A stretch of 64,000 nt of DNA from an uncultured Chloroflexia bacterium (GTDB lineage Bacteria > Chloroflexota > Limnocylindria > QHBO01). The position numbers were made by a program, and so were the translations under genes. The stretch is from NCBI GenBank assembly GCA_963814375.1, contig CAWFCQ010000005.1, positions 64,001-128,000 on the forward strand, written 5' to 3'. Shown here in pieces: positions 42,703-52,436 of this stretch (within the stretch, counting starts at the first letter, position 1; every line of letters starts with the position of its first letter). The notes beneath the pieces are model-generated. The model did not search any database and had not been told where the DNA came from. It saw only the letters and a list, made by a program, of their open reading frames with translations.

Positions 42703-44605
42703 TTAGCCCGCGGACTCCACTGCGAATTGCTCCTGGTAGAGCTTGGCGTAGAGGCCCTCCTGGCGAATGAGCTCGGCGTGCGTGCCGCGCTCGACGATGC
42801 GCCCGCGCGCCATCACCAGGATCTGGTCGGCGCGCAGGATCGTGCTGAGCCGATGCGCGATGGCGATCGTCGTGCGGCCCTGCTCGAGTCGCGCCAGGGC
42901 GGCCTGGATGAGCCGTTCGCTCACGGTGTCGAGGGCGGAGGTGGCCTCGTCGAGAATGAGGATCCGCGGGTCCTTGAGCAGGACGCGCGCGATGGCCACC
43001 CGCTGCTTCTCGCCGCCGGAGAGCTTGTAGCCGCGCTCGCCGACCACGGTGTCGTACGCCTCGGGCAGCTCGAGGATCCGATCGTGGATCGCGGCGGCGG
43101 TCGCGGCAGCCTCGATCTCCTCCATCGTCGCCTCGGGCTTCGCGTAGCGCAGGTTGGACAGCACCGTGTCATGGAAGAGGTAGGTCTCCTGGGTGACGAA
43201 GCCGATCTCCCGCCCCAGCGACTGGAGCCTGATGCCGCGCACATCGATCCCGTCGATCAGGATCGACCCCGCGTCGACGTCGTAGAGGCGCGGGATGAGG
43301 TAGGTCGAGGTCGTCTTTCCGCCGCCCGATGGCCCCACCAGCGCCACCAGCTGGCCCGGTGCGGCGGTGTAGGTGATGTCCGCGAGGGCGAAGGGCATGA
43401 CGCGGCTCGGCATCGCGCGGCCGTCGGCCTCGGCCTCGACCATCTCCCGGGTCGCGTCGAGCTGCCCGGTCGACCACCGGGTAGTGGAAGGAGACGCCAT
43501 CGAAGCGAACCTCGCCGCGCATGGTCTCGGGGGTCAGCGTGACGGCGTCGGGCGCATCGACGATCTCGTGGTCCATCTCGAGGTACTCGAAGATGCGGTC
43601 GAAGAGCGCGAGGGCGCCCTGGATCTCGACCTGGACGTTGAGCAGCTGTCCGAGCGGGAAGAAGAGGCGCGACTGAAGGGTGGTGAACGCCACGATCGTC
43701 CCGATCGTAACGTCCGCCTCGCCGCCGATGATGAAGCTGCCCGCCAGCAGGTAGACGAAGGCCGGCATGATGCTGAAGAAGGTGCCGATGAGGGCGAAGA
43801 ACCAGCGCCCGATCATCTGGCCGCGCACCTGGAGGTCGCCGAGGCGCTGCGACTCGGCGCGGAATCGCTCGATCGACGCCTCCTGCTGACCGAACGTCTT
43901 GCTGAGGAGGATGCCCGAGACGCTGAGCGACTCCTCGGTGATCGCGCTCATCTCGGCCATCGATCGCTGGGTCAGAGTCGAGACCTCGCGCCGAACCTTC
44001 CCGACGCGGTAGGTGATGTACGCGAAGATCGGGAGCAGGCCGAGGCTCAGGATCGTGAGGCGCCAGTCGAGGATCCACATCGCGATGACGGTCGTGGCGA
44101 CCGTGGCGAAGTTCGAGAGGATGGAGGCGGCCGTATCGGTCACCACCGCCTGGACACCGCCGACGTCGTTGGCGATGCGGCTCTGGATCTCGCCGGTGCG
44201 CGTCTCGGTGAAGAAGCGCAGCGGCATCCACTGCAGGTGGCGATAGAGGGCGAGCCGCAGATCGTTCATGACCCGCTGGCCGACGACGTTCGACAGGTAC
44301 GACTGCCACACCCCGAGGGCGCTGGTGATGATCGGCAGGACGATCATGAGCCCGCACTGGATCCAGAGCAGGCTGAGGTCCTGCGGGCCGGTCAGGTTGT
44401 CGATGACCAGCTTGAGCAGGATCGGGTTGACCACGCCGATGCTGACGGTCACCAGGATCAGGACCGCGATGAAGGCGAGCCTCGCGCGGTAGGGCCTGAA
44501 GAAGCCGGCGATCCGCCGCAGCGTCGGCCCTTCGCTCCCCGGCCGTCGGCTCAGGTCCGGCTCCGGGCCGCCACCCCACATGCCACCGCCGCCGCGCCGG
44601 GTCAT
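42703..44605 (-). CDS. ABC exporter, fused permease + ATPase (frameshift near 43480)
   Basis: [15 protein letters not shown]; [25 protein letters not shown]. Confidence 0.9.
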
Positions 44606-45330
44606 TCGAGGATGATCGAGGCGAACGCCTGTGCCATGCCAATTCCCTGCGGCTCACCGACCATGCGAGCCCGCTCTTTCATCCGCTCGGTCACCTCGTC
44701 GGCCTCGACCTGGCTGGCGTGGGCCAGGATGGCGCGCAGACCGGTCTCGAAGGTGGCTTCCACGTCCACCCACAGATTGGGCTCGTCGACGCCCGAGATC
44801 AGCACCTGGCGCACCTTCCATGGCTCGAGATGCTCCTGCTTCCACAGCTCCGGGAAGTTGAGATGATCGCGTGCCGCCGGATAGACCGATGCGAGCGTGG
44901 CCTCGCCCGTGGCGAGGTGGTCGGGATGGCCGATGTACGGGTTATGGTCCAGGCGCCGCTGCGGGTTCTGGGTGATGACAAGGTCCGGTCGGAACCGGCG
45001 GATCTGCCTCGTGATGTCGCGCCGCAGGTCGAGCGACGGCTCCAGGTACCCGTCCGGGTAGCCGAGATGCACGATATCGGTCACGCCGAGGATGTCGGCA
45101 GCATCGCGCTGCTCCGCGATCCGCGTCGCCGCAAGCGCCTCCGGGGCGACGTCCGGATCCTCCGTCCCCTTCGCGCCGTCCGTGGTCACGACGTAGTCGA
45201 CCCGCGCCCCGGCGGCAGTGAGGGCCGCGATCGTCGAGCCGGCGAGAAACTCCGCGTCATCGGGATGGCTGACCACGACGAGCGCCCGCTCCAGCGGGCG
45301 GATCAGCTCATGGCGCTCCAGCGTGGTCAC
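44602..45330 (-). CDS. PIG-L family deacetylase
   Basis: SHPDDAE, TDGAKG, GHPDH, HASQ. Confidence 0.9.
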   Translation of the reverse strand: MTTLERHELIRPLERALVVVSHPDDAEFLAGSTIAALTAAGARVDYVVTTDGAKGTEDPDVAPEALAATRIAEQRDAADILGVTDIVHLGYPDGYLEPSLDLRRDITRQIRRFRPDLVITQNPQRRLDHNPYIGHPDHLATGEATLASVYPAARDHLNFPELWKQEHLEPWKVRQVLISGVDEPNLWVDVEATFETGLRAILAHASQVEADEVTERMKERARMVGEPQGIGMAQAFASIILE

Positions 45331-45365
45331 GCCGTCATGCTACCCGCATCCGGCGGCCCGCTCGA

Positions 45366-45407
45366 TTGACCGCCCAGTGCCGCGCTCACATACTGCCCCG
45401 CAGTATG
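45366..45407 (+). promoter_or_regulatory. csoR promoter with overlapping palindromic operator
   Basis: TTGACC-17nt-CATACT; CATACTGC-CCC-GCAGTATG inverted repeat at 45389-45407 includes the ATG. Confidence 0.7.
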
Positions 45408-45755
45408 AGCACCGATGCGCCGGCACCACACTTCCGCCACTCCTACACGCAGGACAAGCACCAGCTCGTGACGCGCCTTCGGCGCATCGAGGGACAGGCG
45501 CGCGGCATCCAGCGCCTCGTCGAGGAGGAAGCGTACTGCCTCGACATCCTCCAGCAGGTGGAGGCCCTCACCGCGGCTGCCGACCAGGTTGGCCTGCTCC
45601 TGATCGAGGACCACATCGACGGGTGCCTCACCCATGCCATCGAGACCGGGCAGGGCCGACCCTACGTCGACGAGGTGATGACCGTGGTCCGGCGCGCGAT
45701 GGGCCGCCGTGCGAGCAGCAGGCGGTCTGATCGGCCGGCTCAGAAGGCTGACTGA
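45405..45755 (+). CDS. csoR: CsoR/RcnR family metal-sensitive repressor
   Basis: RLRRIEGQARGIQRL, YCLDIL, HIDGC (C-H-C ligands). Confidence 0.88.
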   Translation: MSTDAPAPHFRHSYTQDKHQLVTRLRRIEGQARGIQRLVEEEAYCLDILQQVEALTAAADQVGLLLIEDHIDGCLTHAIETGQGRPYVDEVMTVVRRAMGRRASSRRSDRPAQKAD

Positions 45756-45792
45756 AAGGGAGTGCCGCAGGGGGGAACCACGGCACTCCCGA
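45755..45792 (-). ncRNA. Candidate small RNA (C-rich loop hairpin); alternatively a terminator
   Basis: Minus strand: TTACTC-17-TAGACT, then GGGAGTGCCG-TGGTTCCCCCCTG-CGGCACTCCC-TTT. Confidence 0.35.
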
Positions 45793-45841
45793 GCCTGAGT
45801 CTACGACTCGCTCGGAGAGCGAGTAAGCGAATTCGAACTGG

Positions 45842-48622
45842 CTACTCGCCGAACATCGTCAGCTGCTCGCCACCGCGCTCGATCAGCGGATCCAGGCCGA
45901 GGACCGGCTCCAGCCACTCCATCCGGGCACCTGGGCGCGCGGCGAGGGTGGCGAGGTGCTGCCACTTCAGCACGTGCCAGTTCTGCCGGTCCATCTCGTC
46001 GCGCAGCCACGGAGAGCGCTGAATCTTCAGGCGCAGCAGCTCGGAGCGCTCGGCGGGGATGACGAGGAACCGTGCCTGCTGGTCGCCGACGGGAATCTTC
46101 CGGCCCCGAGTGAGGACGGCGTCGCCGACCATCGCGGTCCACTCCACCTCGAACAGGAACGCCAGCTTGCCGCGCACGTACCACAGCGCGTCCACCGCTC
46201 CCAGGGCCTCGACCGGCGCCCGGATCACCAGGGGCAGGTAGACGCGGCGCTCGTCGTCGTTGAGGCGGCTCGAGAGCCGCTCTCCATCGACCACGCGGTC
46301 GTGCTCACGAGCCGCGATCCAGGACCGCAGGCCGAGCCGATGTCCGTAGTCGGCGAGTGTGGCCAGAACGCGGGCGTGGTCCTCGGTTCGTCGCGCGAGG
46401 TCGTCATCGGTCGCGAGCGAGCCGAGCTCACCCGGCGCGACATAGGCGGCCAGGCACGCTCGCACCAGCTCTTCGTCAGGAGCCGCGAGGCCGGGGAAGA
46501 GCCGGAAGATGCGGTCGAAGAACCCGGCCTCGTCGATTCGTCCGGCCGTCGCGAGCACGGACCAGGTCGCCCACTCCACCCGGTCCGCCAGCGGCTGCTC
46601 GGCCACCTCGGGGTTGCGGAGCCACCACAGCGGCCTCGCTTCGTCACCGATGCGGACGAGCGAGGGATGGTCGTCGCGCCACAGCTCCTCGCGCACCAGC
46701 GAGCCCAGCATGTGCGGCCCGCTGCCCTCGATGCGATCCTCGGGAGCGTCGTCGTCGCCAGCCCGCGTCACGGCGATACGCCGCAGCAGGCCGGAGCGAC
46801 CGAGCTCCGCGACGATGGCCGCGACCATGCGCGTCAGCCCCGCCGGCTCGCCGCGGTCGCGGAGCAGTGCCGAGGCGGCGCCATCGATGCCGGCCGCCAG
46901 CTCGGGATAGGTCAGGTGCCCACCCTCGACACCGAGACGCAGGGGGCTCGGCGTCACCGCACGCCGAAGGCGATCCTCGGCCGAGGGCTTGCGCAGGTGG
47001 AGCACGACGCCATCGCCGGTGCGGCCCGACTCGCGGTGAATGACGTCGACCAGCTCCAGGCCCGCGGCAGCACCGGCAACCGCGGTGGCGAGAAGCCGGT
47101 CCGGATCGGCATCCTCGATGAGAAGCGTGCACCAGCCGCCCGGCTTGAGGGCGCCGGCCGCAGAGCTGAGCCCGTGCCTGAGGGCAGTGGCCTCGGCCCC
47201 GGATGCCTGCCCGCCGCTGCCGAAGATGGGCTCCAGCCGCAGGGTCTCGGCCGCCTCCCTGCCGAGGATCCAGGACGTTGCCAGGTACTCGTACGACAGC
47301 TCGTCGATCGATGGGCTGGCGGGAGGCGCCGCCACGACGAGATCGACGCCCTCGGCCGGAACGTACTGTCCGACCACTGCGGGCCGTGACCTCAGCCACA
47401 GAACGTTCGCCGCACCCATCCCACCCAGCTCACCGTAGTCCGCGGCAAAGCGCGCCTCCTGGCGGTCGCGAGGCAGGGCGGCGATGGTCGCCCGCACGTC
47501 CGCGAACGAGGATTCGAAGGCGCGCCACACGTTGACCTCGCGCTGATGGCGGCTCGCCGGCTGTCGGACGTGGCCGCCCGAGATCCTCAGCGACGCGACG
47601 CGGCCCGGATAGCCGTTGAGCCGGCTTGCGGGGAGCAGGCACGCCGCGAGGGCCAGGCGCATCGCCGCGACCGTCCCGGCGTCGCGGAGCTCCGACTCGA
47701 TCTTCGAGCCGATGGCGTGGAGCGCGTAGAGGTTGCGCGCGGTGTACAGGTCGAGGAGCTCCTCGACGAGGTCATCGCGGCCGTCGAGCACCGGAAATCG
47801 TGCCCGGAGCTCGAGGTACTGCGGGCTGTGGCGCACGCCGCCGGCGGCCGCAGCGACCGGCACCGGATCGGGGCGCACGGTCGATGCGAAGCGCGGGCCA
47901 TCGCCCAGCGGCGGATCGGTGACAGCCGGCGGTGGCGATGGCGGCCCGCCCGCCTCGCCGAATGGCTCGTCGTCCGCCCCGGGCAGCGGCGGGTCGGGCT
48001 CGGTCAGGCCGACGGGCGCCGGGGGAAGGTCGTCGGCAGCCGCATCGGGAACGCTGGGTCCGTCCCCGAGCTCTCCGCGCTCGATCCCGAGCTTGGCGAG
48101 GTCGACTTCGTCCACCGGGGCGGCACGCTCCTCCGGGCCGCCGAGCGACGCGTCGCAGCTCGCGCAGCGGTAGAGCTTGCGTCCCGGAGCGTCGCCGTCC
48201 CGGGGCCAGATGAACTGGTCGGCAACGACGGGACGCCGGCAGGTCCCGCAGCGCGTCGCGTACAGCTCCTCGATGTGCTGACGCAGCGGCACGTCGACGC
48301 GGCGCGAGCTGGCGAGCTGGGCAAACGCCGCATCGAGCACCGCCGGATCCGGGGCAGACAGGAAACAGATCGCCGCGAGCTGGTTGAAGGGGCTCGGATC
48401 GGCAGCCACGGCCCGCATGCCATGGCCGATCGCGCGCCGCGCCGTCCAGCCGGTGCCCGCCCAGGGATCGAGGACGGTGTCGCCGGAGGACGCGAAGGCG
48501 CTGAGCTCGGCGTCGAGCAGGTTGTCGGCCGGTGGCGGCCGATAGCGCTCGAGAAGGGCGAGGCCGGGGCGCCGTCGCGGGAGGACGACGTGGTCGAGTC
48601 CTGTCCGCTCCGGCTCGCTCAT
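45842..48622 (-). CDS. DNA methyltransferase-like protein (degenerate catalytic motif) with Zn ribbon and C-terminal PD-(D/E)XK-like domain
   Basis: VLDPWAGTG, CGTC..CASC, YTARNLYAL, EVNVW, VDLVVAAPPA, LKPGG, VDALW...FEVEWT, terminal EQLTMF. Confidence 0.75.
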   Translation of the reverse strand: MSEPERTGLDHVVLPRRRPGLALLERYRPPPADNLLDAELSAFASSGDTVLDPWAGTGWTARRAIGHGMRAVAADPSPFNQLAAICFLSAPDPAVLDAAFAQLASSRRVDVPLRQHIEELYATRCGTCRRPVVADQFIWPRDGDAPGRKLYRCASCDASLGGPEERAAPVDEVDLAKLGIERGELGDGPSVPDAAADDLPPAPVGLTEPDPPLPGADDEPFGEAGGPPSPPPAVTDPPLGDGPRFASTVRPDPVPVAAAAGGVRHSPQYLELRARFPVLDGRDDLVEELLDLYTARNLYALHAIGSKIESELRDAGTVAAMRLALAACLLPASRLNGYPGRVASLRISGGHVRQPASRHQREVNVWRAFESSFADVRATIAALPRDRQEARFAADYGELGGMGAANVLWLRSRPAVVGQYVPAEGVDLVVAAPPASPSIDELSYEYLATSWILGREAAETLRLEPIFGSGGQASGAEATALRHGLSSAAGALKPGGWCTLLIEDADPDRLLATAVAGAAAGLELVDVIHRESGRTGDGVVLHLRKPSAEDRLRRAVTPSPLRLGVEGGHLTYPELAAGIDGAASALLRDRGEPAGLTRMVAAIVAELGRSGLLRRIAVTRAGDDDAPEDRIEGSGPHMLGSLVREELWRDDHPSLVRIGDEARPLWWLRNPEVAEQPLADRVEWATWSVLATAGRIDEAGFFDRIFRLFPGLAAPDEELVRACLAAYVAPGELGSLATDDDLARRTEDHARVLATLADYGHRLGLRSWIAAREHDRVVDGERLSSRLNDDERRVYLPLVIRAPVEALGAVDALWYVRGKLAFLFEVEWTAMVGDAVLTRGRKIPVGDQQARFLVIPAERSELLRLKIQRSPWLRDEMDRQNWHVLKWQHLATLAARPGARMEWLEPVLGLDPLIERGGEQLTMFGE

Positions 48623-48628
48623 CGGTCG

Positions 48629-49478
48629 CTACGTCTCTTCTACCAGCTCCTCTTCGAGCTCGGGCTCACCGGAGTACTCCGGAAGGGTGGTGTCGAGCTC
48701 CTCGACCTCCTCCGAGTCCTCGTCGGCCTCCTCCACCTCGTCCTCGTCATCGTAGCGAAGCGCGCTGCCCTTGATGTACGGTCTGACGCCACCGCCTCCC
48801 TGCGTGACCGTCGGGAACGAGACCTTTCCGAAGTTCGCGGGAGCGGTGAAGACCTCGCGGATGATGATCGTGACGTCGCCGCCCGCCTCGTGGATGGTGG
48901 TGAGCGCCGCCTCGTATCGGTTCCCGCTGGTGATCAACTTGAGGAGACGAGCGGCGATTCGTGGCTCGACGCTTCCGATGGCGGACTTGCCGACACGAGC
49001 CACCAGCTCGTCGCCGCTGGCATCGAGATCGACCGCATCGCCGGGCGACAGCGGCGCGAGGACGCGCGGGGCGGCCAGGTTGATGAGACGGGCGCGCCCG
49101 GTCTTGCCCATCTCCTCGATGAAGAGGGTCGCCGGCGCCTTGTCGGTCCGGCCCTTGCCGTCGTACGGCGGGACGGTCGGCGGAGCTCAGGACACGCAGG
49201 CGTTCGACATTGCGCTGCGCGATCCGGTTCGTCGCATCCCGTTCCAGGGCCTGCTCGTAGGCATCGAGCGCCTCGCCGTGCCGATTCAGCTCGGCGAGGG
49301 CCTTGCCGAGGCGGTTGTACCCATCGATGTCGGGGCCGAGCTCGAGCAGGGCGCGGTTGGTGTCGACCGCGGCTTCCCACTCACCGCGCGTCGCCTGCGC
49401 GATCGCTGTCTCGCTCAGCTGGCGGCGTTGTCGGGTCGTGGCGTCGGCTTCTCCAAGTGCCATGGGCGGTGAAGGCAT
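48629..49478 (-). CDS. TPR + HIRAN-like domain protein with acidic tail (frameshift near 49180)
   Basis: YNRLGKAL TPR; FIEEMGKT, LSPGDAVDL, IGSVEPRIAARLLKLITSGNRYEA; D/E-rich C-terminus. Confidence 0.75.
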
Positions 49479-49524
49479 CTCCGACTAAGGACATCCGGAC
49501 GGCGGGAAGGGCCGAGGGCGCACA

Positions 49525-49553
49525 CTTTTACCACCGGCCATGGGGGGTGTCAA
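49525..49553 (-). promoter_or_regulatory. Sigma70-type promoter for the TPR-HIRAN and MTase-like genes
   Basis: TTGACA-17nt-TAAAAG with TGG extended -10. Confidence 0.65.
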
Positions 49554-50351
49554 CGCGGGGCTGCCAGTCCCCCGCCCATCGCCGACGCGAGCAGGCCGAC
49601 GACCAGCCCGAGGATCATCAGCGACCCGTACTCGGTCGCGACCGCTCGACCCGACGCATCACCGCGAAGGGCGTCGACCGCGCCCGGCCCACGTGTAGAA
49701 GGCGAGCGCCATGAGGGCGGCCATCACGGCGCTCGAAATGTCGAGCAGCACGGATGCCACCCCGATCTGGATGATGACGAGGAGGTGCAGCACCGCCTGG
49801 CCGAGCGCCTGGACCCCCATCGTCCCTCGCGCCTCTGCCGAGCGAATGGCAACCGGCAGCGTGAGGCCGGCCACGAGGATGAACGGCGTGGGCCACACGC
49901 GGGCCCCGAAGAGGCCGAGGATGCCGGCTGCGGCGGTGAAGACGATCGACGTCAGCAACAGCTCGCCGATGGTGCGTCCGCCCGTACCCCGCTCGATGCG
50001 CAGCTCCAGGTAGGTCACCGCCCACAGCAGGACCGCCACGATCGGGATCAGCAGGAGGCTCAGGCCGCCTGGGATGAGACGCCCGAAGAGGGTCGCGGCG
50101 ATGCCGGCCACCGAAGGCATCGCGTATCGCGCCAGGCCGAGCTCGGAGCGCGCGGGCCCGATCACGTACACGGCGGCCAGGCCACCCAGCACCAGCTGGG
50201 CGGCGATGACCACCGCGAGCACGACCGGATCCGCGAACCAGCCGACCGCGGCGACCAGCGCCTGGAGCACGGCGATCAGGACCGCGGCGGGCCGGTCGAT
50301 GCGGCGTAGGACGGAGAGGCGCCGTCGGTCGGCCAGGACCCTCCCGATCAC
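49550..50351 (-). CDS. Polytopic membrane protein (DUF5656-like; frameshift near 49685)
   Basis: GTG overlaps polX stop; about 8 hydrophobic segments; removing one base extends it to ...VATEYGSLMILGLVVGLL; family call tentative. Confidence 0.65.
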
Positions 50352-52099
50352 GCGAGCACCTCGAGCAGCGCCGTAGCCGAGCGCGTGGCGAGGAGCTGGT
50401 CGGGCTCGAGCCAGGCACGGCGCGCGAGGTCGACGGCGTAGCGCTGCTGGTCGAGCTCCTCGGTCCGGTGCGCGTCCGAGGCGAGCGTCAGGCGCGCCCC
50501 GGCGCGCGCCGCCGCCCGCGCGAGCGGGTCGTCGAGGTCCAGCCTCGGACTGCCGTTGATCTCGAGCGCGGTGTTGCATCGCGCCGCGGCCTCGAAGACG
50601 CGTGGCCAGTCGATCGGGAGGGGGTCGCGGGTGTTGACGATACGCCCGGTCGGATGGGCAAGAACGTCGACGTGCGGATGCTCGACCGCGGCGAGCGCGC
50701 GGCGGGTGAGCTGCTCGGACGACTGGCCGCGACCGGTGTGGATGCTTGCGATGACGACCTCGAAGCGCTCGAGGAGCTCGTCCGGATAGTCGAGGGTGGC
50801 ATCCGCCCTGATCTCGAGCTCGGTGCCGTGGAGCACACGGAATGGGGCGAGCTCCGCGTTGACCCGCGCGATCTCGGCACGTTGCTCCTCGACGCGGTCG
50901 GGGAGGAGGCCGCGGGCCACCCCGAGCGAGGGTGAATGGTCGGTCAGGACGATGTACTCGTGGCCCCGATCCCGCGCCGCCCGCGCCATGACCTCGATGG
51001 AGTCGACCCCGTCGGTCCAGTTCGAGTGGGTATGGGTGTCGCCGCGAACGTCCCGGTGGGTGACGAGGTTGGGAAGCCGCCCATCCCTGGCGGCCTCGAT
51101 CTCGCCTGCCGCCTCGCGGAGCTCCGGCGGGATCCACGGGAGCCCGAGGCGCTCGTAGACGTCGGCCTCCTCGGCGTCGAGCAGCAGGTCACCGGTCTCG
51201 ATGACCTTGAAGCCCTTCTCCGAGAGCGACCAGCCACGGTCGAGGGCCATCCCGCGCAGCGCGATGTTGTGATCCGCGTTCCCCGTGAAGTGGACGAGAT
51301 GCGAGCCCCAGGTCTCCGGCGGGCAGACCATGAGGTCGACGCGCGGTCCGTCGGCGAGCAGGATGCTCGTCTTGTCGGTCCCGGCGGCCACGACCTTGTC
51401 GACCTCGCGCAGCCGGTCCAGCGCCGCGATCACCGCCGGTGGGTCATCGACGGCAGCGAGCAGGTCGATGTCACCGATCGTCGTGCGCCGCCTCCGCAGC
51501 GACCCGGCCCGCTCGATGCGGCTCACGCCCCGTGCTTCCCTCAGCTGGTCGATCAGCCCGGCGACGAGCTCATCGGCGTCGTGGAGCAGCATCCGGTCGT
51601 AAACGCGCTCCATCCGCGCGATGCCGTCGATGATGTTCGCTTCCGTTCGTTCGGAGAGGCCCTTCACGTGCCGCAGGCGGCCCTCCTCGGCGGCCGCTCG
51701 TAGCGCTTCGACGGAGTCGATGCCGAGCTCGGTGTGGAGCAGCCGGACCGTCTTGGGGCCGACGCCAGAGATCCGAAGGATCTGGAGGAGGCCGTCTGGC
51801 ACCTGCGCGCGCAGCCGCTCGTAATATTCGAGGCGTCCGGTTTCCGCCAGCTCCGCGAGCTTGGCGGTCAGTGCCTCGCCGGCGCCGGGGATCTTCGGTG
51901 GCTGGCCGCGACGGTAGAGCGCAGCGACGTCGTCGGGATAGCGCTCAACCGCATCGGCGACGCGGCGGTAGGCGACGGCCTTGTACACCACCTCGCCGAG
52001 GATCTCGAGCATGTCGCCGATCTCGTTGAAGATCCGCGCCAGCTCCGCGTTGCTGATGACGGTGCCGTCGGTGCGCGACACGCTCCTGGGTCGAGGCAT
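50348..52099 (-). CDS. polX: DNA polymerase X / PHP 3'-5' exonuclease
   Basis: GVGPK HhH, GSLRRRRTTIGDIDLL, RVDL, HFTG; PHP motifs HTHS..DG, TDHS, HPTGR, SDAH. Confidence 0.95.
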   Translation of the reverse strand: MPRPRSVSRTDGTVISNAELARIFNEIGDMLEILGEVVYKAVAYRRVADAVERYPDDVAALYRRGQPPKIPGAGEALTAKLAELAETGRLEYYERLRAQVPDGLLQILRISGVGPKTVRLLHTELGIDSVEALRAAAEEGRLRHVKGLSERTEANIIDGIARMERVYDRMLLHDADELVAGLIDQLREARGVSRIERAGSLRRRRTTIGDIDLLAAVDDPPAVIAALDRLREVDKVVAAGTDKTSILLADGPRVDLMVCPPETWGSHLVHFTGNADHNIALRGMALDRGWSLSEKGFKVIETGDLLLDAEEADVYERLGLPWIPPELREAAGEIEAARDGRLPNLVTHRDVRGDTHTHSNWTDGVDSIEVMARAARDRGHEYIVLTDHSPSLGVARGLLPDRVEEQRAEIARVNAELAPFRVLHGTELEIRADATLDYPDELLERFEVVIASIHTGRGQSSEQLTRRALAAVEHPHVDVLAHPTGRIVNTRDPLPIDWPRVFEAAARCNTALEINGSPRLDLDDPLARAAARAGARLTLASDAHRTEELDQQRYAVDLARRAWLEPDQLLATRSATALLEVLA

Positions 52100-52136
52100 C
52101 GCCGGCCATTCTACGGCCGGCTGGCGCGCGTGCCCG

Positions 52137-52295
52137 TCAGCCGATGAGGCGGCGTCCCAGCACGGTCAACCCGAAGCGCGTCGCCCGACGCCGTGGCCTG
52201 ACGCCACGTCGAGAGACCTCTCGCAGCAGCTCCTGCTCGTGCAGCTCGGCCTGGATGTCGATGAGGCTCGTCGAGCGGAAACGGTGTCGTTCCAT
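52137..52295 (-). CDS. Small hypothetical protein (52 aa)
   Basis: GGAG RBS; MERHRFRSTSLIDIQAELHEQELLREVSRR...GLTVLGRRLIG. Confidence 0.6.
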   Translation of the reverse strand: MERHRFRSTSLIDIQAELHEQELLREVSRRGVRPRRRATRFGLTVLGRRLIG

Positions 52296-52309
52296 GGTTG
52301 CTTCTCCGA

Positions 52310-52420
52310 TCAGATCGCGCGATGCGGCTCGTCGTCGAGCGAGGGTCGGCTGTCGCTGCCCTTCAGCGAGGCGAGGACCGCAGCCACGATCAGGATGAGG
52401 AGGATCAGCGCCAGTTCCAT
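52310..52420 (-). CDS. Small single-TM protein (36 aa) with GSDSRP motif, absent from the ORF track
   Basis: GGAG RBS; MELALILLILIVAAVLASLKGSDSRPSLDDEPHRAI; high-GC3 codon use. Confidence 0.7.
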   Translation of the reverse strand: MELALILLILIVAAVLASLKGSDSRPSLDDEPHRAI

Positions 52421-52436
52421 GATCGTCAGCTCCGAT

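Noticed and set aside
45842-48622. Active type II/IIG restriction-modification system
   Set aside because: No DPPY/NPPY motif, no partner genes and no island signature
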